Assembly: GCA_027604505.1 (NCBI GenBank)
Contig: JADIIX010000001.1
Span: forward strand, 62,001 to 126,000
DNA: 64,000 nucleotides
Source: Gonapodya sp. JEL0774
Lineage: Eukaryota
Reading direction: 5' to 3'
Below, one piece after another: positions 63,458 through 64,000 of the stretch (position 1 is the first letter of the stretch; each line of letters begins with the position of its first letter). The position numbers and the translations under genes are program-made. A model generated the notes under the pieces. That model was given only the letters and a program-made list of their open reading frames with translations, was not told where the DNA came from and made no database searches.

Positions 63458-64000
63458 ATGGCGGGGCCGCCTAGAAAAAAGCCCAAGCTCGAAAATCATG
63501 AGGCTTCGTCGCAATCTTCTCCGCGACTGAAGGAGGGCAAGAAACGTGCCGGTGGGAAGACATCGATCAACTCTGCTCACGACGACACCGAGAAGCAGGG
63601 AGCCCACATCCACGGGCCAAGTTCCAGGATTGAGCAAGGATCAAAATCTGTCACAGATGAGCATATGACTGGTCGTGGAATCGGAACGGAGGAGGATTCT
63701 GTGGGGGGAGGTGAAGACCAGCCCGTCGCGGAGATTCCACGCGACGAGAGTTTCTGGCTGGATTCGCTGGACTCGAGGAACGATGAGAAGATCTATAAAG
63801 GTGAGAATCGACTTTTTTGTTTTGCCGACTGTGCGAGTCCAGTCAGGGTCGGCGTAGGGTTACATTCCGTCTGTCACTAGGACTTGTCTCCATGGCGACC
63901 ACGCTCCACGACTTGCTCCGCCGTGTGGAGACTCTTTCGGATCTCTCTACAGACGTGCAATCGAGGACACACCCGAGTGCTACCGATACTTTGGTTCGGG
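63458..64000 (+). CDS. Unknown protein, 5' part (NLS-like PPRKKPK), truncated by window end
   Basis: MAGPPRKKPKLE.. ORF with a GT-AG intron at about 63801-63880. Confidence 0.55.

Noticed and set aside
1..64000. tRNA, rRNA or snRNA genes
   Set aside because: None recognised by eye; tRNAscan-SE or Infernal would be needed to exclude them.

Overview
Gene-dense, intron-rich (GT-AG) eukaryotic DNA that reads as fungal, probably an early-diverging flagellated lineage (chytrid/monoblepharid-like; inferred from gene content, not verified). About 22 spliced or partial genes are supportable: PP2C, RNF5-like RING ligase, ATO/FUN34 transporter, BolA, two tandem acyl-CoA dehydrogenases, gankyrin, RPB6, fatty aldehyde dehydrogenase, FN3-ankyrin (FANK1-like), WDR70, an NTF2-like protein, a 2-TM protein with an ENaC/ERGIC-like topology, RPP30, a DDX60-like helicase, KHA1, an F-box/LRR protein, NDUFS7, ALR1/CorA, NUF2 and a truncated unknown. 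Accessory DNA consists of two complementary halves of one Ngaro/DIRS-type tyrosine-recombinase retroelement family (about 3.9-5.9 kb, CpG-eroded; about 32.6-34.5 kb, CpG-retaining) and a ~1.02-kb inverted repeat pair (20997-22017 / 31506-32538) enclosing ~9.5 kb and four genes. In each arm of that pair an ATG reads in frame into the neighbouring inner gene. From about 55.6 to 63.4 kb the sequence becomes low-complexity, with introns that have G-rich 5' and C-rich 3' ends, a 66-bp hairpin-rich minisatellite and a palindromic element shared by two NUF2 introns. Gene coordinates are hand-estimated spans including introns. No rRNA, tRNA or CRISPR array was recognised.
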